A stretch of 63,999 nucleotides of DNA, the filler included, from Kipferlia bialata (Eukaryota): NCBI GenBank assembly GCA_003568945.1. It is 6 parts of 6 records of this genome, joined end to end, with 100 filler letters (N's around TTAATTAATTAA, not from the genome) between each part and the next. Parts side by side here need not be neighbours in the genome. Positions count along the whole stretch, not along the records: positions 35,815 to 46,348 come from BDIP01000713.1; positions 46,449 to 61,794 come from BDIP01000714.1; 4 more parts are not named here. The stretch is one strand, 5' to 3'. The notes under the pieces were generated by a model, which ran no database searches, was not told the DNA's origin, and saw only the letters and a program-made list of their open reading frames with translations. Numbering within the stretch: the stretch's first letter is position 1; every line of letters starts with the position of its first letter. Shown here one piece after another: positions 37,744 through 49,555 of the stretch. The position numbers and the translations under genes are program-made.

Positions 37744-38400
37744 TGGTATGGCTCACACCTAGCAAGTTGCAGAGTGAATCCAAACTATGAGTAGAAGCGA
37801 TCATTCTCTGTTGTATTCAGTATCTCTACTGTGATATGTGTTGTGTCCCTCTATTCTACATACAATTTCATGCTGCGTTTTACACACGCACAGTGTGGAT
37901 CACACTTATGATTGCTAAAGTAACTCCGGCAAGCCATCATGCAACCTTTCACACGGGACTGGACATATCCACAGTCACAGGTCCGAGCATCGGACTTCGA
38001 GGGTACGAGTTCTCAGACTGCAAGTCAGGTCTGTAATAGTCATCACAAATGCCGCCAGTAATCATCTCACGGCGCATTGCTCAACACAGAATCTTGACCA
38101 CCAAAGCTCGATGCCATGTGAAGAGTACATGTGACAGTAACTACCTGAGACTCAGAGCTGATTACCACCCATATATGGTAAAGATTCTATACAAGGCTGA
38201 GAGTTCCGGTCTTCATAGATCTATAGAAGTTGGCTTGACCCATGAAACACAAATACATGGAGAGACAAGCGATTCCAATGATCACACCCTCGGGTACATA
38301 TACCTGTGACACTCCAAAGTCATATATTTTATACACACTACTCTCTGGTTAATGACGAACATACACAATTACATCTCGGCATGAGGTAACCAAACTGAGG

Positions 38401-41400
38401 TCATACCAGATCCGACCTGTCTTCGCTCCTCTCTGACATAGAGGGCTCACTTCCACCATTCCCTGCCTCTGCCTCTCTCTCTCCATCACCCTCACTGTCA
38501 GTGGCTTCATCGATGAGGGCGGCTGTGCTGCGGACCCTCTCGATATCCTCCAGAGAGTCCTGGGGAGTAGTAGACACAGGCATCAGGACAGGCATCGGGG
38601 CAACAGGGACAACAGGGACTAGCACGACCTGGGGCACGGGCATGCTCTCAATAGCGTATGCCTCTGCGGCCTGGGTACAGTGGTTGTCAGAGCCAACGGG
38701 GACAGCATCTAGAGGCTCGTCCAGCTTGACCTCGCCTTCCTTAGTGTCTCTCTTGCCTAGGTGGTGCTCAACAAAGGCAGACACTACCTCCCAGAAGACG
38801 TAGCAGAGGACGGCACCTGCCACGACTAGGACACAGGGGATACCGATGGCAAAGCCCTTCTCTGTGCTGGAGATGCTCACCTTGACCTCCTCGGCGATGG
38901 CAAAGTCGGATACACCCTCGACAGAGGCCGCGTAGCTAGGGTAAGAGCTTCAGAGGATACAGTGTAGTATAGTGCAAACACGAGGTAGGAGAGGTGATTA
39001 GGCACGAGGCGTACCTCGCGTCCCCAGAGTGCTCGATCAAGATCTCAGCCACAAAGAGAGAGAGAGATGGGTCCCACAGAGCAGGGGCAGACTGGGCCCA
39101 GTCCTTGCCTGTCACTGTGACAGTGGTGGCTGGGGCAGTGGCCTTGCTAGCATAGGAGCCAGTGTCATCTCCAGTGATGACGTTGCCAACAGTGTCCTAT
39201 CGGTGAGACACGAGAATACTGTGAAAGGTATATATGCACATACACACACACTCATAAATATACAAATATTAGAGAGAGAGAGACAGGAACACGCACCACA
39301 AGGGTAACCCAAAAGCTGCTGGTGCCCTTGCGGGGCCTGGTAGGGGTTGTGATAGTCGATGCATCAGGGTCAGGGTCGGCTGGATCAATAGTCACGGTGC
39401 CGGCGTCAGGGATGAAGTGAGGCTCACCGTCCAGAGCCACACTCACCGCGTAAGTACCTGCAGTGTTGTGGAAGGCGTCAGTGGATGTGGCCGTGTAGAG
39501 GGGGACAGCAGCGTCAAAGGAGGCGGTGATAGGGACAGAGAGGGACATCCCGGTGAAGGTGAAAGTGACGGTACGGGAGGTGGTGATGTCATTGGCGTAC
39601 TGGTCCCTCAGGGTAACAGTGGCGACGAATCCCTCGGCTGCAGTGACAGCTGAGGCAGGGAGGGTCACTTCAGAGGATGGTGCGTGGACCACGGAAGAGG
39701 GCACGACGGTGACCACCCTGCTGGTGAAGTATGTGCCGTCGATGCCGATAGTGCAGGTGATGTCGTCTGCTACAGTGTCAACAGGTGCCCAGGAATCAAG
39801 GGTGTAGGTGCTGGAGCCCTGGTCAAACACAAACGAGTTGGAAAGGTTTCCTGAGAGTGTGGAGAGGCCAGGGGCAGAGAAAGAACCCACTAGGCTCTTA
39901 GCAGTTGTGTGGATGTTGCCGTACTCGTCCTTAAGCAGAACAGTGACAGCGTAGCCAACTCCTGCCACCACTGCTGTCTTGGGTGCCCTGATGGTGGATA
40001 CCGCAGCAGAGGGGGCAGCAGGCACCACGGTGAAGGAGACACCGGGATCTGCAAGGGGCACAGAGTCGAGTGCCATGCTGAGGGTGTAGGTACCTACGAC
40101 CTGGTCGACGGCACCTGTGCTGTAGATGTAGTAGCACCCCTGGTAGTAGGAACCAACGATGGCCACAGAGGTCTCTCCCTCCGACCATGCGGCATCTAGG
40201 CTGTGCATCTCAGTCACATCGTTGCCATAGGAGTCGTAGAGCTTCACCTGCACTGTGTACATGCTACCTGCCGTAGAAGGGGAGGAAGAGGTCTGTACCA
40301 CAGTGGTAGCCGAGGCTAAGGGGGCAGCGGCCTCAATGGAGACTGTAGTCGGGCTGGTAATCCAGATGAAGTTTCCGCTGACCATCTTGATCGTGTAGTC
40401 TCCCACCGTCTGGTCGCAGGCACTGGTGGAGGGGAACGTGTATACACCGGTAGAGGCCTCGAAGGAGGGGACAACAGTGTCCTTGCGGACCCTTCCTAGG
40501 TACACCATCATAGTAAGGTCCGACTTGAAGGGTGCAATGTTGCCATAACTGTCAAGAGCGGTCAGAGTGACGTCATACCCTACACCAGCCTCGACAGGGG
40601 CAGTAGGGACAGTAAGAGTGCTAGTGCTAGAGCTGAGGTCAGGACATGAATACAGAGTACTGCAAGAATGGCACTACGCGGACACACTGGAATAGTGACA
40701 GAAGTAGAATCATGAGGTGTGAATTGATTGCACATAATACTAGTGTATCCATGCATACATCTATACACACCTAAATACATATCCCTATACAAATGTAAAA
40801 TTGTATACACTAGAGTACCTAGCGCTGTTCGCGACCACAGTGAGGGGACTAGACACAAACTCAGTCAGCTCACTATCGCTCGGGCCAGTGTAAACCTTGA
40901 CGGCAGTGACAGTCGCAAGAGACAGGTCCAGGACAGCCCTGGAGGTCAGATTGTATATACTGCCAGTATTCGTAAATTCGGGGTCCTAAACACTACTCAT
41001 ACCAACCTGTAGGTGCCTATGCTACCGCTCTGCTGGTAGTGGAACCCTGCCTCCACCACCTCCTGAGGCAGGCCATCATAGAGACGCATCTCCACCCCAG
41101 GCACCCTGGCTCTAATGCCATTGCCATACTGGTCCCTGATGCGGCACCATACCTAGGAGTGAGACCCCTTCCCCTACTAGACGATAGCATATCCTGAGAA
41201 AACTCTCCATACCTCGACCTTACCGCCAGCGCGGTAGTCGGTATACCCACCGTAGGGACTCATCTCGATAGTGGTCTGGGTAGCATCCTTCTCGCCAGCC
41301 ACGACGTCTACTGTCCTGGAGTACAGGAGGAAGGTACCGTCTACTGACACAGCGACCTTGGCGGCGTCATACCCTGAGATGGTGGGGGCTGCCAGAGTGG

Positions 41401-44400
41401 CAGTGCGTACACCTGTGGTGGTATCAGCAGCTGAGGCGGTAGCTGTGGAGTAGACCTCATCGTCTGCATCTATCCACTCTACGGTGACTGTGTATGTGTC
41501 AGGGTTCACAGCACCGGCAGAGGACTTGAGCACGACACTGATAGTCACGTCTTCATTGACTGTGACAGAGTCTGGAACGGTGATAACACTCTCGTCGGCA
41601 TCGGGTGGGCCCACTACTACGGGTACATCGATAGGTTCGAGGCGGAACTCGTCCTCGAAGGGGGTGTACCAGGAGTACACAGTCTGGGTGGGGACAGTGG
41701 CGGTGCTCCCAAGCATCACCATGTACTGCTGAAGCGTGAGAGGGAGCGACCTGTTACTACTATATATACGCCGTAGCTGAAGAAAACTGTCCAATATGTG
41801 AGCATCATCAAGATGGCAATGTACCTGATCTTTAAAGACCCAGAAGGATGACCTTGCTGTTGCCCTGTCGTCTATGTAGGAGAAGTACAGTGCCTTCTGG
41901 TGCCACAGGGCATTACCCTCTGCATCGGCCAGGGTGAACCTGGAGCTAGAGTCAGTCCCAGCAGTCACCTCTGTGCCCTCTGCGGCTGAGAGGACTGCAG
42001 TGAGGGGGTTGGCCATGGGGATGGGGATGGGGCCAAAGGGAGTGACACCCAGGAGCAGCAGGCTGACGCTGTCGGTGTCGTTGCACTCAAAGGTGAAGTT
42101 GTTGTAGTAGAAGTTGCCCTCCACACCGTTGGTGTGACTCAGGGCATACTCGACCTCGGCCTCCCCACACGCAGCAGGCACCACTAGCTTGATACCCTGG
42201 GGGTTAAGAGGGGCAGCACTGAGAGTGAACATGTGCATGTAGTTATGACGATACCAGACAAGGTACCTGCTGGTAGGCGGATACGTTGTGACAGTACTGG
42301 CCCAGTGAATCCCTGACCTCCACCGTGAGCTTGTTGACTTGACCCCCTGCAGTCAGAGTATGGTAGGATGATACTTGCAAAGACACCATAGTAGAGCAGG
42401 GATAAGACTGGAGGAGAGTGAACACACAATGAGTGCCACCCCACCTGCTATGAAGCTGCCCTTCTCCGAGTACACCTTGCACTGCTCGGTGTCTGGGTCG
42501 CCATACACCACAACCTGGGGTGGGTGTCAGTGGTAGGTATATACTAGATCTGATAGTGGAAGGGACTCGCCTTGGTGACAACTGTGTGGGGAATAGTAGC
42601 TGTACCATATATAGATATAGATAGATATAGATAGATACATCTCATAGACAGTCGGAGGGACCCACCTTGGCGTCCACTGTGTCCCCACCGTCAATGGTCA
42701 GCAGGTGCTCACCTGGGGTGGGGGACTGATGCATACGGACAACAACCACTATATGAATGGATACTTCCACCCACCCATTGGAGGCAGGGACCCCCCCATG
42801 TCCACCACATAGGCAGAGGTGGGGGAGGCAAACTTGTCGTACACAGCAGTGACGGGGGTGGCGTCGGGGGTGGATGCCCACCGGACAGAGAAGGTGCGCC
42901 ACTGGTCCTGGATGAGTGATATGCATACTGATGAGTGATTACATGAATAGATGAGTGATGATGCTATAGCAAAGAGAGACGGCTTGAGGGTAAGACGGGG
43001 CACAACACACGGCCTCTGAATTCAACTGACAATAGAAGAGGAGGCCATACCGTGATTCGGGTTCCCTCTGAGTTGACAGGTCTCAGCTCGAAAGTGGTCC
43101 CGTCATCCTAGGGTGAGACTAAGAAACGGCTATATATATATATACATATGATCCAAGGTGCACGACAATTAGGGCAAATCAAGCCTCTGTGTTGTATCTC
43201 TCAATATCAACCTCTATTGTGGATATGTGGGTGTATAGACGTCTATATCCACTATACCTTGTAGACGTGTGTGTCTGGGAATGACGCAACATCGCCCCAC
43301 ACGATACTGGCAGTGGCATGAGAGGTAGACTGGGGTGGGTGGGGGAGAATAGAGAGCGCACGAGGCCTTGACTAGACAATGGTGTGGCTCCAGGCATATG
43401 TCTAGTTGTGCCTCCACCTTGAGATTCTGTGGAGGGAGAGAGAGAAGAGGTACAAGCAGTTGAGTACCTGGCATATCTGCACATCAATGTCGTCCTTGTA
43501 GGGATACCCCAGGTCACACTCTCCAGCTATGAACACATAGTCGGAGGCCACGCTGAAACGGAAGTCGTCGTCGTCACTGGCTACACAGAACTAGGGGTGA
43601 GAGAGGGGCGAGGGGGGTAGAACGGTAGGAGGAAGAGAGAGTAGTCTCCCAATCATACGTGTATGATACCTGCTGCTCTGTCTCATCCCACACTGCCTCC
43701 TTACTTGTAGTCCTGTCTCTGGTGCTGTATGCACGTACTGTCTCGGACCCATCCGCACCCTCAACCTGACAGCACAGAGAGGAACGCCTGGGGAGGTCAG
43801 AAGAAGTCAGAAGACCTCAGCGATATGGTGATGCAGACGTGTCTCTAATCAGATTCATATATATAAGAAGACAGGCCAATCCCTAGCATATCCTCTACCT
43901 CTGCTTGTAGTCATAGACCCCGTCAGTGGCGCCAGGGAGAAAACGCCCCCCTCCATCATATATATCTGCATATACCTATATATATGTACTATACTATACC
44001 TGTAGTAGTCGTATACCCCGTCAGCGGAGCCAGTATATACAGATATATATACTATACTATACCTATAGTAGTCGTACACACCGTCAGCGGAGCCTGGGAA
44101 CGTGATGGCACCGGGGGCAAGAGAGGGTGTGGATGGGTTGGTCGCCACCTGGGGTCAGAGCTGCGTGGAAAGAGGAGTGAAACTATCCGTATACATGAGG
44201 GATCACGCCTCACATTCATAAGGTCCATGGGATCACCGACCTGAAACAGCTTCCCAGCATAGCTGACACTCCCAACAGAGGCACTACTAGCGTCCCCACT
44301 AAGCAGGAGTGTGCCTGCGTCTAGTGCTGCCACCCCATGGCCTATGGCTCTCTCGATATCAGTGCTCGTGCCAGTGCCTACGGCCTGCAGGGAGAGGGAC

Positions 44401-46348
44401 CAGACACCTGCGTGTGAGAGGGTCCTATAACATGATTGATGTCACAACTTGTCACACAACTTGTCACACCTGATGCGTCTCTTGTGAATGCAGTGTAGAA
44501 ACCCTTGACCTCAGGGTATGTGTTGGTAGTAGTGACCACTAGGGTGTTGTCATCGCCGAAGGAGAAGTCAGTGACACCCAGTATATACTCTGAGGGCAAC
44601 TGCTGATGGTGAGAGGGAGAGGCAAGAATCGCAGCATAGAGAGATTGTCTCCAGTCAGATATAGAACACAGACAACTAGATACACCACGACCAGTACACA
44701 CATCCTCATATATCACACACACCAATGGCAGTGCGAAGCATCTATAGTATAGAGCAGATGGTCCAACACGTACCTCCCCCTCAGTCCAACTCCCCTCTGA
44801 GAGACAGTAGAGGGTGGGGACAGTGGCGCCAGCGACAGTGACAGCAACGCAGGTGTCCGACATCTTGAGTCTGCCAGTGCCGGAGACCTGGACACCAGAG
44901 AAGGACCTGGGGGAAGAGGGACACTAAACATAGAAATATGAGTATATAAACACACATATATATGTATCGATACATGTACATTTAGCACACTGTGTCGGGA
45001 AGGACAATGGCGTGGGATACAAAAACCCACACCCAAGAATATATTAATATATGTATGAGTTCGGAAGAACTTGTGTAGACAGAGATCCAGAGAGACGTAC
45101 TCGTTGAGTGCAAAGTCCCCGGAGCCGTCTGCAGTATACACAGCCACCGCCCCACTGTCAGAGGTGTTGCTGAAGTATATGAAGCTGGTGGCGAAGGAAG
45201 TGCCATCGGGTGACACTGCAATCTGAAGTGAACAAGCGGCAGGGAGATAATGTCAACTGAGGATTTGATTGACAAGGATGCACATGTGATACGTACCTCG
45301 TCAGGGCCGGCGTTCCTGTTCTTACCAGCTTCTGCCACCGGGATAGTCTGGGCGAGAGAGAACTGGGTGCCAGCTCATAGTGAGAGGGAGAGAGAGAGAG
45401 AGAGAGAACTGGGTGCCAGCTCATAGTGAGAGGGAGAGAGAGAGAACAGAGAGAGGTATCACTGAATGGGAACTACTCTACCTGTGTTGAGGGTGTAGCG
45501 CAGCACACTTCCTGGTGTGGTGTATGAGTAGTCGGTGATGAGCAGCTGGTTCTAGAGGTCAGATGACGGTGAGAGAGGGATGGTCATGTGAGATGGGTTA
45601 CACAACCATCACAGGTTGGGTGGCAATGCGCAGGTGGCCAACTATTAACTATTATTATAGTAAATGTAATATAGTGAGTGTAGAAGGGTGTATCTATATG
45701 CAGCCTCACCTCACTAAGTGCCACGCCCCTGCCGATACTGCCACCTGATATTAGTATGTGTCAATGTATCAATACACACACATATACATATATATACATA
45801 TATATGTATGTGTATATCAGACAGGGGAGAAGTGACACCAACACTGTTCCCATACGAATCCATCTCGACCCAACACAGTCAATCTCTCCACCGGGTTGCG
45901 TACCCATAGAATGCAGAGCATGTAGTATGTATCCATACCAGAGATGGTTTGTACCAGCTTCCACTCATTGTCGCCTTCGACGTAGTGGAACACATAGACG
46001 TCACTGTACGTGAGACAGAACACACAGACAGGTGGGGGAGGGGGGGGAGAGAGAGAGAGATACATATACACATTTATATGACCAGTCATGGCATATAGTC
46101 TGCAAAACCAGCAGGTGTGAACTCACATATAGTACTACCCAATAATTAAGGTATATGGAACATGACATACAAGAGCAGTGAATACTGTGTGCATTGGGTA
46201 GAGTACAGAGAGTCTGAATTGCACTCACGTGTACTTCCAGGACCCCACACATGCCCACGTCCCATGCATGTCCATGATCTGACATTAGATAGAGGGAGGG
46301 GGGTATTGAGAGAGAGAGAGAGAGATGTCCATTACCTGAGGGCAGAGA
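38401..46348 (-). CDS. Large type I membrane protein: beta-propeller-like N-terminal region, tandem Ig-like (filamin/Big-like) repeats, C-terminal TM helix (5'-partial)
   Basis: Repeated V-x-L-x-D-x-Y-G/A-N strands (LYDSYGN, LKDEYGN, LRDQYAN, RDQYGN) in a Thr/Ser/Val-rich sequence. TM segment GFAIGIPCVLVVAGAVLCYVFW. Linkage of the 43-46 kb exons to the rest is less certain. Confidence 0.7.
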
Positions 46349-46448
46349 NNNNNNNNNNNNNNNNNNNNNNNNNNNNNNNNNNNNNNNNNNNNTTAATTAA
46401 TTAANNNNNNNNNNNNNNNNNNNNNNNNNNNNNNNNNNNNNNNNNNNN
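46349..46448. other. Artificial contig linker
   Basis: N44-TTAATTAATTAA-N44. Confidence 0.97.
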
Positions 46449-47002
46449 AAGGGGGTGGGACCATTCAAGACTAGGTACATACATATAGAACACTATATGT
46501 GGTCTATACCTATATGCATGTATATATTATATTTGTATATATATGTATAGCATCACCTAGGGATGGTGTTGAGGAGGCTGAGATATCGGACTAGTACATA
46601 TATATACTTACACATATATACATACACATACATGCCAAATATATATATATGTGTATCAATATGTAAGTGTATATCTACCCTCACCCCTAGGGATGGCGTT
46701 GAGGAGGCTAAGCCAAATTTATGTATCTGATGTGGATATATATATATGCATATTTATAACCCTAGGAATGGCGTTGAAGAGGCTGAGACATCTGATGAGT
46801 TCAGCATAGAGGACGTGGCAGTCGAGGTGGAGGTAGGGATATATATATATATATATGATTGTATGTGGGTTTACATATGTATATGAATATATAGGAGTAT
46901 ATACAGGATATGTATATTGATATGGGAGTGTATGTATATGTATGATGAGTTCAGCATAGAGGATGTGGCAGTGGAGGTGGAGGTATGCACTTGAATGTAT
47001 AG

Positions 47003-47055
<53 letters not shown>

Positions 47056-48314
47056 GGGGTATATACAATGAGTATATATATATATATTCATGTATATATA
47101 CTAATTATAACCCCAGGAGGAGAGTGCCACTGTCGATGTGGTATTGATATGAATGTACATATATATATGTATATATATATATGCATATGCATAATATAGT
47201 GAATTGGTACTATATGCACACTCACTCTAGGAGGAGAGTGCCACTGTCGATGTGGTATGTATATATGAGTATATTTGTATATATGTATGTATGTATATTT
47301 ATAAGTACTATATATATCTTAAAGAATATACATATATGTACGTGTTTATATTTATGTATATATTTATATATACTATATATAACCCCAGGAGGAGAGTGTC
47401 ACTGTCGATGTGGTATTGATATGAACCACGCACATTTATGTATGTATCTACATATATATGCATATGCATAATATAGTGAATATGTACTATATGCACACTC
47501 ACCCCAGGAGGAGAGTGCCACTGTCGATGTGGTGTCAGAGCCAGAGGGAGGGGTTATAGAGATAGGGGGAGAGAGAGAGGGAGAGAGAGATACGATAGAG
47601 ATACTGGGTGGGGCAGAGGGTGAGGATGTGGTTGAGGTAGTGGGGGAGGGGAGAGAGAGAGAGAAAGGGGTGACAGCAGTGGACATGCTATCATGTGACT
47701 ATGATGGTATTAGGGGTGTAGAGGGAGAGAGAGAGGTAGACTATGAGGAGGTGGAAGTGGGTATGAGGGGTGTAGAGGGAGAGAGAGAGGTAGAGGTAGA
47801 TCCTCAGTGCCCAAAGGGCGTTGCCGCAGCTGGCCCTATCCATATACCCCGAGGGGTAGGGTCTATTGTAGAGAGAAAGAGAGGGAGAGGGGGAGAGAGA
47901 GATCAGTGTATCCATATACCCATAGGGGTAGGGTCAATTGTAGTGAGAGAGAGAGGTGAGGGTGTTGCACAGGAGCGGTTCCAACCAGTTGGCGTGGATA
48001 CCGATAACTATTCCACCCCAGGTAGTGTGGTCAACGATCCCTTGACAGCTAGTGTTATCATTAATGATGCGTTGACAGAGTCGGTTTTGATCCAGCCGAT
48101 CCTTAGGTGCAAACCCACATTACCCCCACTAATGCCTGTTGCTGTAGCTCCTAGGGTGCAAGAGAGCTGTTTCGATGGTACCGAGGTTACAAGTGGGAAG
48201 GAAGGGGGGGGAGTTACTGATGCAAGTGATGCTAGCGATAGTGACTCCAGTGAGAGTAGTAGTTCTGGGGACAGTAGCTCTGATGTGGAACTACCCGCCC
48301 CGTACATTGAATAG
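46449..48314 (+). CDS. Hypothetical acidic low-complexity protein, C-terminal exons (5'-partial)
   Basis: Exon GVEEAETSDEFSIEDVAVEVE is followed by a last exon EESATVDVVSEPEGG... (ORF to 48314). Echoes flank both exons. Confidence 0.6.
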
Positions 48315-49027
48315 AAAATGGACGCGTCATTTTAATATATATAGAAGCAATAGTGTATTCATATCATTCTACAATGTTGAATGAAAATCTGTAGACTATA
48401 TATATTGGATAGAAGATGTAGACATCGTTGGAGTGTATGCCGCAAACTGATATGTCTATATAGTGTTACTTGGTGTTGGTTCGTAGTTTGAAGTGTTGTG
48501 CGGCTATCTGTGGATCTATTATCCACTGTCTTTGCAGTTGTACAATGATTGCACTATAACATAGTAAGTCACCAAGTCTAAGTAACTGTGTCTATGTAGT
48601 TTCTGTGTATGGTATGGTACCCCTGTCAGTGACAGTGGTCCTATAGGACAGAATACCCTCCGAAGCGCAATTCTCGCCATCTATACCTCAAACACTGCTG
48701 CAGTGTTACACAGTGTAACTTACACTGCAGCTAGACAAGAGTGGCACACTGTAGTGTAGACACATCCATAGTGTGGATTCCAAGGTGGCTTTCACACCAG
48801 GTTCCGCCAGTGATACGTTTGGGACCTCTCAGCCACTCTCCTAACAGCAACATTCGTATATATGCATAAATATATTCATATAGTCAATCGTAGCTGTTCC
48901 AGGGTTGCTATCTCATCGGTTGACCCTCAAGAAAGGTATTAGTAACAGCCTATTACCTATAGTACCGTATCAGGGTCTACCAGGGTCTATAGTTCTCTCG
49001 TACCATAGGTAGAGGTAGTGTCAGTGT

Positions 49028-49109
49028 AGGAGAGGTGCAGTACAGACAGTCTGTACTACAGAGTCTGTACTGCACCTCTCCTTCTGTACTACAGAGTCTG
49101 TAGTACAGA
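49028..49109. repeat. Nested perfect inverted repeats
   Basis: 20-bp IR 49028-49047/49063-49082 and 13-bp IR with a 1-nt spacer at 49083-49109. Confidence 0.9.
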
Positions 49110-49555
49110 CAGATGTACGAGACTCAAACTTTGAATCAGTCACACCGTGAGAATGGGTCAGTATCACTGACTCAGTATTCATTGTATTCAGTGAGTACAG
49201 ACTTTACACTTCAATCATGTGATTCGACATATATACATGCAGAAACGCAACAACGTGTTCTATCATATCCTAAAGAGTAGTTAACTGAATGACATATGTA
49301 CAGTGGAGTCCAGTGAGTAGACTCAGATACTGATAGGCAAGGTACTGATATGATAGGATATCTATTCTACTGGTTAGTAACCAGTGGATACGCCATCTGC
49401 TCCAGGTGGGTTGGCATATTGCTCCAGGAGCAATGCTCCTAGCTGGTAGGTTGTATCGATTTGGGACCTAGCACCCTTCCAAACCTTCTAATCGTCTATT
49501 AGACTAATAGGGCTGAATACCAGGTGGGTAGCCTCTAGCATAAAGCTGCTATAGC

